Under the pieces are notes generated by a model. It saw only the letters and a list, made by a program, of their open reading frames with translations, had not been told where the DNA came from and searched no databases. Of a stretch of 64,000 bases of DNA, positions 49,518 through 58,488 are shown one piece after another (position 1 is the first letter of the stretch; each line of letters starts with the position of its first letter). The position numbers and the translations under genes were made by a program. The DNA comes from Candidatus Bathyarchaeota archaeon (lineage in GTDB: Archaea > Thermoproteota > Bathyarchaeia > Bathyarchaeales > Bathycorpusculaceae), in the NCBI GenBank assembly GCA_963707955.1, contig OY970176.1, positions 1,056,001 to 1,120,000 of the forward strand. Reading direction: 5' to 3'.

Positions 49518-50337
49518 TCTTCTTCACCTTGATTTGGCTCTCAAGATCCTTCAGGTGCTTGTCCAGTGTTTTGACGGCTTCCGTGAGGATTCGTTCAGGA
49601 GCAAGTGCCTGTGTGGACTCGATACTGAATATGTAGGCATCTTCTTCTCCAGAAACCGTTATTGCACGCGGGTTCTCCGGGCAAACTTCAGCGCAGTCTT
49701 GGCAAAGTGTGCAAGCCATCAGGTCGCGAACTTCAATTCTGTTGTTAGTTTTGACCAAGACCTTCCTTGGACACATTTCCACGCATTTTCCACAGACACT
49801 GCACTTCTTGCTTATCTCGATGTTGGGGAAGTACTTGTATGTGCACATTGAAACTGGCTGCCACTTTGCGTGATTTTTTCCTTTCCCAAGCCTAGCGTAA
49901 GCCTCAAGCCTTATTTTCTGCTCTTTGGCCAGTTTCACGATTGGAATCTTGTCGCTCACCGCCACAACCGATTCGCTCTCTGATTTAAGGTCGCCTGAAT
50001 AGATTGTCCTGGACCCTTCCTTTGCTTCGACGTCAAGAGCGAGTGTCACCCTGCAGAGGTTGCATCCGAATTCGCTTTTGCATGGACATTCTTCAGGCAG
50101 GTTATAACTGTCCAAGTCGGTCTTAAGAGGAATAAGCCCAAGTCTGTGGGCGATAATCTCATCTTGAAGTATCGACGAGTTCTCAACCATCACGATTTCG
50201 TCTATCGCCATGCATGGCACCTCTGAGAGTACTATCCTTCTCAGAGCGTTAACGTACGGAACGCTCACTCCTCGAATGAGCAGGCGCAGATTGTCCTCGT
50301 CTTTCTTTATCACCTTTATTTCCACTTGCTTGGACAC
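49504..50337 (-). CDS. rpoD: RNA polymerase subunit Rpo3/D with ferredoxin-like insert
   Basis: NALRRIVLSEVP, DEIIAHRLGLIPL, HAKWQP, CSVCGKCVEMCP and CTLCQDCAEVCP. The start is uncertain (GTG 50337 or 50325). Confidence 0.95.
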   Translation of the reverse strand: MSKQVEIKVIKKDEDNLRLLIRGVSVPYVNALRRIVLSEVPCMAIDEIVMVENSSILQDEIIAHRLGLIPLKTDLDSYNLPEECPCKSEFGCNLCRVTLALDVEAKEGSRTIYSGDLKSESESVVAVSDKIPIVKLAKEQKIRLEAYARLGKGKNHAKWQPVSMCTYKYFPNIEISKKCSVCGKCVEMCPRKVLVKTNNRIEVRDLMACTLCQDCAEVCPENPRAITVSGEEDAYIFSIESTQALAPERILTEAVKTLDKHLKDLESQIKVKKSEED

Positions 50338-50430
50338 TCCATAACGGCCTATGCTAACCAGCGTGCCGTTCAATAAGACATTGGTGCATTATTTCAATTT
50401 TTCTATCAGAAGAAGAACAGCAGGAACCTC

Positions 50431-50832
50431 TTAGACTCTTCTTCCCCTTCTGCCGCCTGGCCTCCTTGTGCCATCATGCGGGATAGGTGTAACCTCTTCT
50501 ATCCGTTCTATCCGGAAACCTGCCCTTGCTAACGCTCTGATTGCTGCCTGAGCGCCTGGTCCAGGCGTTCTTGGACCTGCGCCTCCCGGAGCTCTCACTT
50601 TGATGTGTATCGCGGTTATGCCCTTGTCCTTGGCCGTGTCGGCCGCCAGTGAAGCTGCACGCATTGCAGCGTACGGCGAAGATTCCATCCTGGAGGCTTT
50701 CACAACCATGCCTCCAGACGTTCTGGCTATTGTTTCTGCACCAGAGAGGTCGGTCACGTGGATTATTGTGTTGTTATAGGAGCTGAAAATGTGAACAACT
50801 GCCCATTTTTCGGTCTTCTTGCTGAAACTCAA
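50431..50832 (-). CDS. rps11: 30S ribosomal protein S11
   Basis: [35 protein letters not shown]. Confidence 0.97.
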   Translation of the reverse strand: MSFSKKTEKWAVVHIFSSYNNTIIHVTDLSGAETIARTSGGMVVKASRMESSPYAAMRAASLAADTAKDKGITAIHIKVRAPGGAGPRTPGPGAQAAIRALARAGFRIERIEEVTPIPHDGTRRPGGRRGRRV

Positions 50833-51404
50833 AAGTCTTCTCGCTCTCCTCTTACCTTCTCGCGGCTAGCCTGTGACTGGGGCGCCGCAGTTATTGTCTG
50901 GCGCAAAGGGTGACTTGGATTTGCAAGTCCGCTTTGAGCCATGTAGTCTATTTGGCCTTCTTGAGGCTTTGTCACCATATGACCAGGTATCTTAACTCTC
51001 TGGTCCCCTATCGTTACGTGTCCATGAGTAATGAGCTGGCGGGATTGTTGGATCGTCTTTGCTAGGCCCTTACGCAAGACGATCGTTTGCAGTCTTCGTT
51101 CAAGGATGTCTTCTATCGTCATGTCCAGAACGTCGTCCAAGACTGCCGTTTCAGGAAGAATGCCCAGCCTCTTCAAACGGGTTAAGAGTTCTTCTTCCAT
51201 TTTCTTGCGTTCCTCAGGCGTCTTACCTATGAGCGAGCGAGCCGTGCCCCTGAACGTCGACAGCATCGTTTCTTGCCGCCAAAGTTCATGCTTGTTTCTC
51301 AAACCGTACTGGCCAATTAGCTTAAGCTCTGCCTGCATTATGTCTGTTCGCCATGGAAATCGCGGAGTGTCGTACTTCTTTCTCTGCTTCCTTGGGTCGC
51401 CCAT
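50829..51404 (-). CDS. rps4: 30S ribosomal protein S4
   Basis: [30 protein letters not shown]. Confidence 0.97.
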   Translation of the reverse strand: MGDPRKQRKKYDTPRFPWRTDIMQAELKLIGQYGLRNKHELWRQETMLSTFRGTARSLIGKTPEERKKMEEELLTRLKRLGILPETAVLDDVLDMTIEDILERRLQTIVLRKGLAKTIQQSRQLITHGHVTIGDQRVKIPGHMVTKPQEGQIDYMAQSGLANPSHPLRQTITAAPQSQASREKVRGEREDF

Positions 51405-51886
51405 TACTTCTTACTCTCCGCGGCGCCTGGCCTTTGCATGAGCGTTTTCTTCTTGACCCCTAGAGCCTTGCCTGCCCTGCCAGTGGTCTTGGTTCTCTGA
51501 CCCCGCACTTTCAGCCCGTAAGCGTGCCTGTATCCACGCCAAGACTTTATCGACTTCATCTGGTCTATGTCCATCTTAGTCCTTAGAACGAGCCCAGCGC
51601 TGATCAAATGTCCATCCTTCCCTGTCTCCGCGTCTTTTCGTCTGTTCAAAAGCCAGCTTGGCAAACCGTGCGCTGCGGGGTCCTTTATTATCTCTTCCAG
51701 CGAATCTATGTCCTTTTCCGTAAGAAAGCCTGCTCTCTTGTTCGGATTTATTCCCGCCTTGTTCAGTATCGCGTTTCCCAGGCTCAGACTGATCCCTTTG
51801 ATTTTTGACAGCGCGTAAGACGCTTTCAACGTGCCGTCAACGTCAGCGTCTATGATTCTAAGCCTGTACCTGAACTCCTCTGACAT
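51404..51886 (-). CDS. rps13: 30S ribosomal protein S13
   Basis: IKGI, WLLNRRKD..TG, SWRGYRHAYGLKVRGQRT. Confidence 0.97.
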   Translation of the reverse strand: MSEEFRYRLRIIDADVDGTLKASYALSKIKGISLSLGNAILNKAGINPNKRAGFLTEKDIDSLEEIIKDPAAHGLPSWLLNRRKDAETGKDGHLISAGLVLRTKMDIDQMKSIKSWRGYRHAYGLKVRGQRTKTTGRAGKALGVKKKTLMQRPGAAESKK

Positions 51887-51932
51887 TCATTGTCACCCAT
51901 CATTGAGTGAAGCTACCTAGAGATAAACCGTA

Positions 51933-51945
51933 TTTTATTTAAGAA
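51933..51945 (-). promoter_or_regulatory. TATA box of the rps13 superoperon
   Basis: Minus strand TTCTTAAATAAAA, ~50 nt upstream of the rps13 ATG. SD GGGTGA lies at ~51893-51898. Confidence 0.55.
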
Positions 51946-51982
51946 TATCGGTCTTCCAACAAAACTTCGTGCTTCCCCGCCT

Positions 51983-52216
51983 ACGCTTCGAGAATGGCTT
52001 TGCCCCTTCGTTGCGAAGCATGTTCACGTTTTCTTTTGTCAACCTCTAGTGTGTAGTCCAACGCATCCCGCACGTTGGTGACCCACTAGGGGTTTGGTTT
52101 CCCGAAGTTCCCGGTCATAAGTAATGCATCGTAGATGTCCAGCGACTTGAACCTTTATGAGACCTAACCGCTTGATTCAAACGCCACGGCCATAAGTCAC
52201 ACGGTTCAGAGCGGTC
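51983..52216. ncRNA. Candidate structured RNA of four consecutive hairpins (family unknown)
   Basis: Stems at 51983-90/52014-21, 52041-51/52084-94 (inner 52058-63/52073-78), 52113-21/52153-64 and 52166-72/52210-16. No credible ORF. Confidence 0.35.
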
Positions 52217-52621
52217 ATTTTAATGCATAGCGCACATGTTTGTTCCTAAATTCTTAGATTCCGCTCAAGAGGAAGGCATGACGTTTTCCGATGGTCGATG
52301 TTACTGCCACGGTTCGAGCTGGGTCTCTCGTGCTCACACCCTCCCCCCCGGGTATCCTATATGATCCAAATATGATTGAAGAGAGCAGAATGAGCAGCAC
52401 AAGCCACTTTCCAAAAAACTTCAGGAACACGCTAGCGCGCACTGCGCACGTAGAACATAATTCGCAATCGTGCACCATGCTTCATCGTTTTTCCATGAAA
52501 AGTTGTTCAGTTAACGTGAGAATCCTCGTCTAAGACCCCATCAATGTTGAGGATATTGCTAAATCTGAATGAAGATGTCTCCCGGAAAACTCCCCTTTTT
52601 TCTGTCAGCCCATTGTGTTTG

Positions 52622-52655
52622 TTGAGAGGCGGTTAAGTACTTAGCCCTCTTAAGT
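52622..52655. promoter_or_regulatory. Downstream ACTTA-N7-TAAGT box array overlapping the ATPase stop codon
   Basis: TTGAG-AGGCGGT-TAAGT-ACTTA-GCCCTCT-TAAGT. Confidence 0.6.
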
Positions 52656-53732
52656 GATTTGTGAGGTTAGTAAGAGGGTTCGAAGCATTGGATCTCTGAC
52701 TGTGTACACGCCTTCCTCTTCGTCTATTAGCATTGCTGCCTTCAGATTTTCCAAGGCATTCTGCACTGTCGCATCATTTGTCACAGAATTTCTCCTTGTT
52801 TCTATTGCTGTCTTTATCTCTTTCCAACGGGCAGAAGTAGCTGCGACTTTGAGTGCTGCCAGATAGGTTGTTCTGTCCCTTCCTTGGAGAAAGTGTTCCA
52901 ATTCGTCTTTTGTTATTTTTATTCCTTCAGAGATGGTTTCTTCCATGGCTTTTTTGTGGGGCAGTTTATGGACTGCAACGTTGTTTCCATATAGGGTTAG
53001 CCAGCCTGGAATGCCGTCGAGTTTTTCGACAGCCTCCTCTATCTGCTCTTCTGAAGTGGCTTCGGGGCATTCTTGGAATCCTTTCTTTAGAAATTCGCTA
53101 GATTTCTTTTTTGTGAAGGGCTCAACGTAGAGCTTTGCTGGTGATCTTCCATACATTGGAGATGTGGATTCAGGTTCGAGTAGCGTTTTCATTAGTCCGA
53201 ACATGGACCCGGTGAGGATGAATACTACGTTTGGGTAGGTGTTGAAGATGTTGGCCAATAGTCTAAGGAGATGGCCAGAGATTGCCGACAATTCTTGGAC
53301 CTCGTCAAGCTCAATGACACAGTCTCCAGCTTGCTTTCCTATGGCACCTAACAGGTCCCACATAGTAGTCATAGGCCTTTTTGAGAGAGAGATAGAGACG
53401 CCTCCAGGCCCAAAGGATACTCCTTCGGTTCTGTCTGCTATGCCCTTGATTTTTTGCAGTACACTGTTCTCTTTGTTTAGACCTAGTGCCAAAGCGTTCA
53501 GCAGACCGTGAGTCCCTCTTGCCCCCCATAGGTTCACGTATATCGCCTTCACGCCCATTTTCTCCAGTTTCACGTTTGCTGCTTTGATTAGGCTGGTCTT
53601 GCCAACCATTCTCTGACCTAGTATGGCGATCCATCGTCTCGCTTTGACCAGGTGGACGAGGTCATCTAATTCCTTCTCACGTCCGAAAAGTTCTTTGGGA
53701 AATTCCTTTGGGTTGAGGTTGAATAATGACAA
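52650..53732 (-). CDS. Archaeal ATPase (ATPase_2/STAND-like AAA) with C-terminal winged helix
   Basis: LFGREKEL, Walker A GQRMVGKTS, Walker B LDEVQEL, LTGS, DGIPGWL, C-terminal HTH-like helices ending Y.V.DPML. Confidence 0.92.
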   Translation of the reverse strand: MSLFNLNPKEFPKELFGREKELDDLVHLVKARRWIAILGQRMVGKTSLIKAANVKLEKMGVKAIYVNLWGARGTHGLLNALALGLNKENSVLQKIKGIADRTEGVSFGPGGVSISLSKRPMTTMWDLLGAIGKQAGDCVIELDEVQELSAISGHLLRLLANIFNTYPNVVFILTGSMFGLMKTLLEPESTSPMYGRSPAKLYVEPFTKKKSSEFLKKGFQECPEATSEEQIEEAVEKLDGIPGWLTLYGNNVAVHKLPHKKAMEETISEGIKITKDELEHFLQGRDRTTYLAALKVAATSARWKEIKTAIETRRNSVTNDATVQNALENLKAAMLIDEEEGVYTVRDPMLRTLLLTSQIT

Positions 53733-53766
53733 ACTTAACCCCCTTAAGTACTTAGGGGGGTCCTCA
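53733..53766. promoter_or_regulatory. Upstream ACTTA-N7-TAAGT box array abutting the ATPase start
   Basis: ACTTA-ACCCCCT-TAAGT-ACTTA-GGGGGGT-CCTCA, between a TATA-like TTTAAG (53772-77, minus) and the TTG start. Confidence 0.65.
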
Positions 53767-54088
53767 CGAGTCTTAAATCTATCGGCAAACAGAACGCGCG
53801 CTCTACACTCGTTGCAGGCGTTTGAGTTTCGTGTGTGCTAAACATAACATGCCCACAATAATGTGGATAGTACCGGTGTGACCTCAGCATAAGTGGAGAT
53901 GTCTCCTGCAACTCGTTTGAGCTTTTTGATATCACAGATGGAGTGCACTTATACCGAAAACGGAAATAGCATCGCAAAGATTAAGGTGTAATGTCCTATA
54001 ATAAGTCATAAATCGTAATATAGGTTAAATCTTTTAAGGATGTACGGTATAATAGAAAGCAGAAAAATGGGATAAGCAGGTAATAATT

Positions 54089-54424
54089 ATGAAAACTGAC
54101 CGAGAAACGGAGAAGGCTAAGCACATACTGACTGACTCTAAGTTGGCACCGATTAAGGCTATGTTGGAGAAGGACCATGCCATAGACTGTATCCTACTGC
54201 TCCACATAAACCGTGGAAAATGGAAGGAAGCGAAGGAATTCATGCGTGAAAACAAGCTGACCTTGAGTGATGGAACTTTCAGAGCTAGGATGATCGAGAT
54301 TGAACAGTTGGGGTTGGCGAAGAGCGAAAGGATAGACCCGTTGAAGAAGTACTATTTGAAGACAGAGTTGGGCGAGAAAGTTGCGAAGCTTTTGCTCGGG
54401 TTCTTCGACGAACTAGAGCCTTAA
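54089..54424 (+). CDS. Winged-helix DNA-binding protein
   Basis: LSDGTFRARMIEIEQLGLA...YYLKTELGEKVA (HxlR/MarR-like wing). Confidence 0.75.
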   Translation: MKTDRETEKAKHILTDSKLAPIKAMLEKDHAIDCILLLHINRGKWKEAKEFMRENKLTLSDGTFRARMIEIEQLGLAKSERIDPLKKYYLKTELGEKVAKLLLGFFDELEP

Positions 54425-54617
54425 GCCAAGAAGCTTCGCTGCTCGTCGCTGGTGCCTAGTTCTTTCTTCACGTTTTTTCACTTGTTACGCTTGATACGCT
54501 AACGGATGCTTCATAGTAGGTGTATTCGTGTTTTGCAGACAGAAAATATGATGTAGTGAGTCGTAAGATTTAAAAGCTTCACTTCCCCTAGCATACTTAC
54601 AAGTCCCAAAAGGAGGG

Positions 54618-55052
54618 ATGAAAAGAAAAATGAGAACAAAGAGCAGAAAAGCCCTAAGCCCCGTAATAGCCTCAATCATACTCATCGCAGTCACAGTCGC
54701 AGTAAGCATAGCCGTCGCAGCATGGATGGGAGCCCTAACATTCGGCTTCATGGGGTCCTCATCGCTAACGATCACCGATGTAAATTTCGACAGTACTGCA
54801 CCGACGCGCAACATGACCCTAACGATTAAGAACACTGGAACAAAGCAGGTGACTATAGCACAAGTGAAAATCAATAACGTCAATATCCCCGTTGCAAACT
54901 GGACTATAGCCGGCCCGATCAATCCTAGTACAACCTCACCTCTGATAGTCAGCTATTATGCTTGGACAAACGGGAATCCATACAAGATTGACCTGTACGA
55001 TTCCAGCGGTACCGGAGTGGGCTCTACTCAGCAGAACGCGCCAGGAGCATAG
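54618..55052 (+). CDS. Archaeal type IV pilin/archaellin-like protein
   Basis: Class III signal peptide: basic leader, RKA|LSPVIASIILIAVTVAVSIAVAAWM. A small beta-sandwich follows. Confidence 0.9.
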   Translation: MKRKMRTKSRKALSPVIASIILIAVTVAVSIAVAAWMGALTFGFMGSSSLTITDVNFDSTAPTRNMTLTIKNTGTKQVTIAQVKINNVNIPVANWTIAGPINPSTTSPLIVSYYAWTNGNPYKIDLYDSSGTGVGSTQQNAPGA

Positions 55053-55138
55053 TTTCCCCTTGCTTTGTTGAGAACCGGGGGTAGGGTGAGAATGAAGTTC
55101 CCCAGTTTCCCTTTGTTTCATACGTGGAGGTGTAGTGA

Positions 55139-55564
55139 ATGACAGTTGAAATAAAAGAGTATGGTTCAGCAGTAGAGATTGCAGAAACACTGGAAAAGGA
55201 AATATCTGAAACCAAGAGCACGTTAGGCGAATACCTACGTCGACTAGACGACATCAGAGCCTTGGCTGAAAAATCAAAGAAGATCCATGAAGTGGTCATG
55301 AAGCTCGCAGGAAAGAAAGCCGCGTCAGAGAGCCTCGGTGAAATCTCGATCGGCTCCTTAAACCTTGTTCTGGACGCAAACCCGTTCCATGAGTTGACAG
55401 CGATTGAACAGGTTGTGCGCAGCCACCAGGAAAGGCTTTTGGTCCTTCAGAAGGCTCGTGAAGCACTGAAGTGGTTGGACCAGCTCGGAGACACTGAAGG
55501 CCTCAAGTATCTCGTAGTGGAAAACGACGGCGTTCCTGAACGAATACTCTTCAGAATCTCCTAA
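55139..55564 (+). CDS. Hypothetical coiled-coil protein
   Basis: GGAGGTG SD. Two long amphipathic helices between short beta segments. Confidence 0.75.
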   Translation: MTVEIKEYGSAVEIAETLEKEISETKSTLGEYLRRLDDIRALAEKSKKIHEVVMKLAGKKAASESLGEISIGSLNLVLDANPFHELTAIEQVVRSHQERLLVLQKAREALKWLDQLGDTEGLKYLVVENDGVPERILFRIS

Positions 55565-55586
55565 ACAGAAATGGCGAAGTGAAACA

Positions 55587-56384
55587 ATGGATAATGAAGT
55601 CTACGCGTTTGCCTTAAAGAACACTCTGGATGAGATACAGAAGATCTGCCCCGACATCAAGAACGCCTTCGTGCTCACGAAAAACCGTGAACTCCTAGCA
55701 AGAGACGAGGACACGCCTGAAGAAACGATCACTCGCGCTGTAAACGCATTCGAAGAGATGCTGGAGAAAGCTCAGGCCATAGGCGGCGTTGAAAACGTGA
55801 CGATCGAGGGCATTAACGGTAGGCTGAACATTTCTCAACTGGACGAGATTTACCTTGTCACGGTCACTTCGAAGCAGGCAGACTTGGACTACGTGAACAC
55901 GGTGACCCACGTTATTGTCCCAACGGTTCTAAGGCTACTTGAAAAATTCAGCCCTGCCCCCCTCAAGCGAAACCCGCCTACGCCCGACATAGAACCCGAA
56001 GAACCAGCTGTTGAGCGCGTTGAAGAGCCTCAGACGGACAAGCATGAAGAGCAATTGGAGCCTAAGGAAAAATCGGAGACGATTCTACCAGAAACACCGG
56101 TCAACCAGCTCATAGTGGAAGACCTGAAAGGCTTTCGTGCACCATCAGACACGGTCCGCGTAGACAGCAACATAATACAGGAATGGAACGACCTCTACGA
56201 GGACAGGACCATAGAGGAAGCAGACGTCGAAAGCTTCGGCGGAAAATCAACACGGTGCAAGATCAAACCCATAAAAGAATCGAAGCTTGACGGACAGGGA
56301 AAGATACAGATACCCAGCAAGGTGCAACTCACCCTGGATGTCAAGAAGGGCGAGCTCGTGAGGGTAAAGCCCGCGGTTGAATAA
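55587..56384 (+). CDS. Roadblock/LC7-like domain + Pro/Glu linker + C-terminal beta-barrel (AbrB/CDC48-N-like)
   Basis: The N-terminus has the roadblock pattern (LDEIQKICPDIKNAFVL...NVTIEG..GRLNI...IYLVTVT). C-terminus: GKIQIP..VQLTLDVKKGELVRVKP. Confidence 0.7.
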   Translation: MDNEVYAFALKNTLDEIQKICPDIKNAFVLTKNRELLARDEDTPEETITRAVNAFEEMLEKAQAIGGVENVTIEGINGRLNISQLDEIYLVTVTSKQADLDYVNTVTHVIVPTVLRLLEKFSPAPLKRNPPTPDIEPEEPAVERVEEPQTDKHEEQLEPKEKSETILPETPVNQLIVEDLKGFRAPSDTVRVDSNIIQEWNDLYEDRTIEEADVESFGGKSTRCKIKPIKESKLDGQGKIQIPSKVQLTLDVKKGELVRVKPAVE

Positions 56385-56400
56385 TGGAGGTTCATGGATC

Positions 56401-56796
56401 ATGGTCAAGAAAAAGAAGGACGAGCTAGAAATCACAACCGTATCAGAGCCGACACTCATAGAGACCACAGACTACGAGAGCAACTTGCGCGCAAACCTCG
56501 AAGAAATCAAGAAATATGACGGTGTTGTAGGCTACATCCTCAGGAACACCACGTCCGCCTCGATTGACCTCAAAGAGCCGGCTAAGATAATAGATTATGC
56601 GATGCTCTCTTCCACAGTGTTTGACGCGACCGAAGAAGTCTCAGACCTTTTCGAGCTGGGCAGCGTTAAAAACATCATCGTCAACGGCAAGAACGTTAAA
56701 ATGCTGTCTCTGACTGTTGAACAAAACAAGATAAGCATCTTCATGGAGAACAACGCAGACACAGAGAAAGTCTTGAAGAAGCTCAAAGCGTCTTAG
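56401..56796 (+). CDS. Roadblock/LC7 domain protein
   Basis: LEEIKKYDGVVGYIL...LFELGSVKNIIVNG...ISIFM. Confidence 0.75.
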   Translation: MVKKKKDELEITTVSEPTLIETTDYESNLRANLEEIKKYDGVVGYILRNTTSASIDLKEPAKIIDYAMLSSTVFDATEEVSDLFELGSVKNIIVNGKNVKMLSLTVEQNKISIFMENNADTEKVLKKLKAS

Positions 56797-56935
56797 AATT
56801 CAAGCAACCCTATTCTGTTTTTTTCTCGTCTTCTTCACGTAATTCAGTTTTCAGAACGTTTAAATCAACGTACTTGCATTACTATGAATGGGAGAAAGCG
56901 GTCACAAATAGCCTCAGAGAAGGGGGGCTATACCT

Positions 56936-57223
56936 GTGGGTTCATTGGTCGATACCAAGAACGACGGCAGCAGTAGCCATCGAGGAAACCTAGACATAAT
57001 GGCAGATATTCTGGGCGCCTCTGATGGGGGCACCAAGAAAACGTACCTGATGTGCCGTTGCAACTTAAGCTTCAAACAGTTGAAGAACTACTCAAGCTTT
57101 CTAATCGGCAGCGGGCTTCTGCACTTTGCGAAAGAAGAAGCCAACAACGGAACGCTCCAAATCACCGACAAGGGAAAAGAGTTCCTGCGAGCCTACAAGA
57201 ACCTGAAAGCCCTCATGAAGTAG
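56936..57223 (+). CDS. Winged-helix transcription regulator (HTH_45-like)
   Basis: R..LDIMADIL...KKTYLM..CNLSF..L..Y...L...GLL...ITDKGKEFL. Confidence 0.85.
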   Translation: MGSLVDTKNDGSSSHRGNLDIMADILGASDGGTKKTYLMCRCNLSFKQLKNYSSFLIGSGLLHFAKEEANNGTLQITDKGKEFLRAYKNLKALMK

Positions 57224-57464
57224 CTGGTTGCAACAAGAAACTTCGCACGGCTTCCTTGATCTTCATCTTGCTCTTCGAATTATCAACTGCTATGAACTCG
57301 TATTCACTCAAGAACTCCGTGATCCGCTTGACCTGATTCTCATTCAGCCCCATCTCTTTCCGCACATCATCTAACGTGTGCCACTCGCCATCGCCTAGTA
57401 TCTCAAGTATCTCAGCAATTCTTCTGGGCGTATGTCTCCCCGCGAACACTACTCTCTGTGACAC
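57213..57464 (-). CDS. Small winged-helix protein
   Basis: ILEILGDGEWHTLDDV...LNENQVKRITEFLSEYEFI. Confidence 0.7.
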   Translation of the reverse strand: MSQRVVFAGRHTPRRIAEILEILGDGEWHTLDDVRKEMGLNENQVKRITEFLSEYEFIAVDNSKSKMKIKEAVRSFLLQPATS

Positions 57465-57648
57465 GTTGCTTAAAGCGTTTCTGAAACTGTGTTTCAGAAG
57501 TATTTTCTAGAAAATTGTTTCTAAGAGCTGGCGCTGAAAAACTGCCGATGCTCTGAACCTCGGCTTTTTGGAACTTTTTTTAATGCCCTGAGCATTCAGC
57601 AAAGGCTTTATCAAAAGCAGCCGTAAGGAAGAACGGAGAATACACGAG

Positions 57649-58488
57649 ATGCGAGAACAAGCCGATTGGGCGCACGTTCTCATTCGGTGCAAGAACAACG
57701 TACAGGAAAAGATCAAACCACTCCTAGAAAGAATAGACAGGCCGCAACCCGACTTGGGGATAGGAGCAGGCGGCGACCCTGTTAAAGACATAGACTTGGC
57801 AGCCGAAAGCGCTATTGTGAGCACCCTGAAAAAGCATGAGATTACGTTTACGTTGATCAGCGAAGAATCTGGCATAGTAGAATACGGCGAAAGCCCTCAG
57901 CGATGCTACGTTACAGCTGACCCGATAGACGGCACGACCAACCTCATCAGAGGCGCGCCCTTCTACGCGACGTCGATCGCGGTGTCGACGGAGCCGACTT
58001 TAACCAAGGTGCACACAGCCCTCGTGACAGACTTGTTTCACGGCACAACCTACACTGCGCAGAAGGGATGCGGAGCCTACAAAGATGACCGAAGAATAAG
58101 ACCTTCCACAAGCACTTCGATGGAAGAGGCAGTCATAGGCATCGACTTGAACAGTTACAGGATTCAGAAGATCGCTCCGAGACTCACGAAACTGATAGGA
58201 AAAACAAAGCATGTGCGACACTTCGGAGCCAACGCACTCGAACTGTGCTATGTGGCAGACGGCACGACGGATGCTTTCATCGACATCCGCGGAAAACTCC
58301 GCGCAACAGACATGGCAGCCGCGTGGCTAATCATAAGAGAAGCAGGAGCCATAATAACGACGCCACAAGGAAAACCGTTACACGCCAAGCTTGACCCCAA
58401 ACAGAAGGTGGAGTTTATAGCAGCTGCGAACTCGGAAATGCACAGGAGAATAATTAGCCTGACAAAACCCGAAAAGGAAAAAACATGA
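57649..58488 (+). CDS. Inositol monophosphatase / FBPase class IV
   Basis: DLAAE, ISEESG, DPIDGTTN, GANALELC.VA.G, D.AAA.LI..EAG. Confidence 0.92.
   Translation: MREQADWAHVLIRCKNNVQEKIKPLLERIDRPQPDLGIGAGGDPVKDIDLAAESAIVSTLKKHEITFTLISEESGIVEYGESPQRCYVTADPIDGTTNLIRGAPFYATSIAVSTEPTLTKVHTALVTDLFHGTTYTAQKGCGAYKDDRRIRPSTSTSMEEAVIGIDLNSYRIQKIAPRLTKLIGKTKHVRHFGANALELCYVADGTTDAFIDIRGKLRATDMAAAWLIIREAGAIITTPQGKPLHAKLDPKQKVEFIAAANSEMHRRIISLTKPEKEKT

Noticed and set aside
51960-52370. RNase P RNA, SRP RNA, tRNA or group II intron
   Set aside because: No GAGGAAAGUCC/P4 partner, no SRP helix-8 motif, no cloverleaf around GGTTCGAG (52311) and no proper domain V.
52254-52533. Short ORFs of 74 aa (-) and 80 aa (+)
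   Set aside because: They overlap each other and have no recognisable motifs or SD. Not supported as genes.
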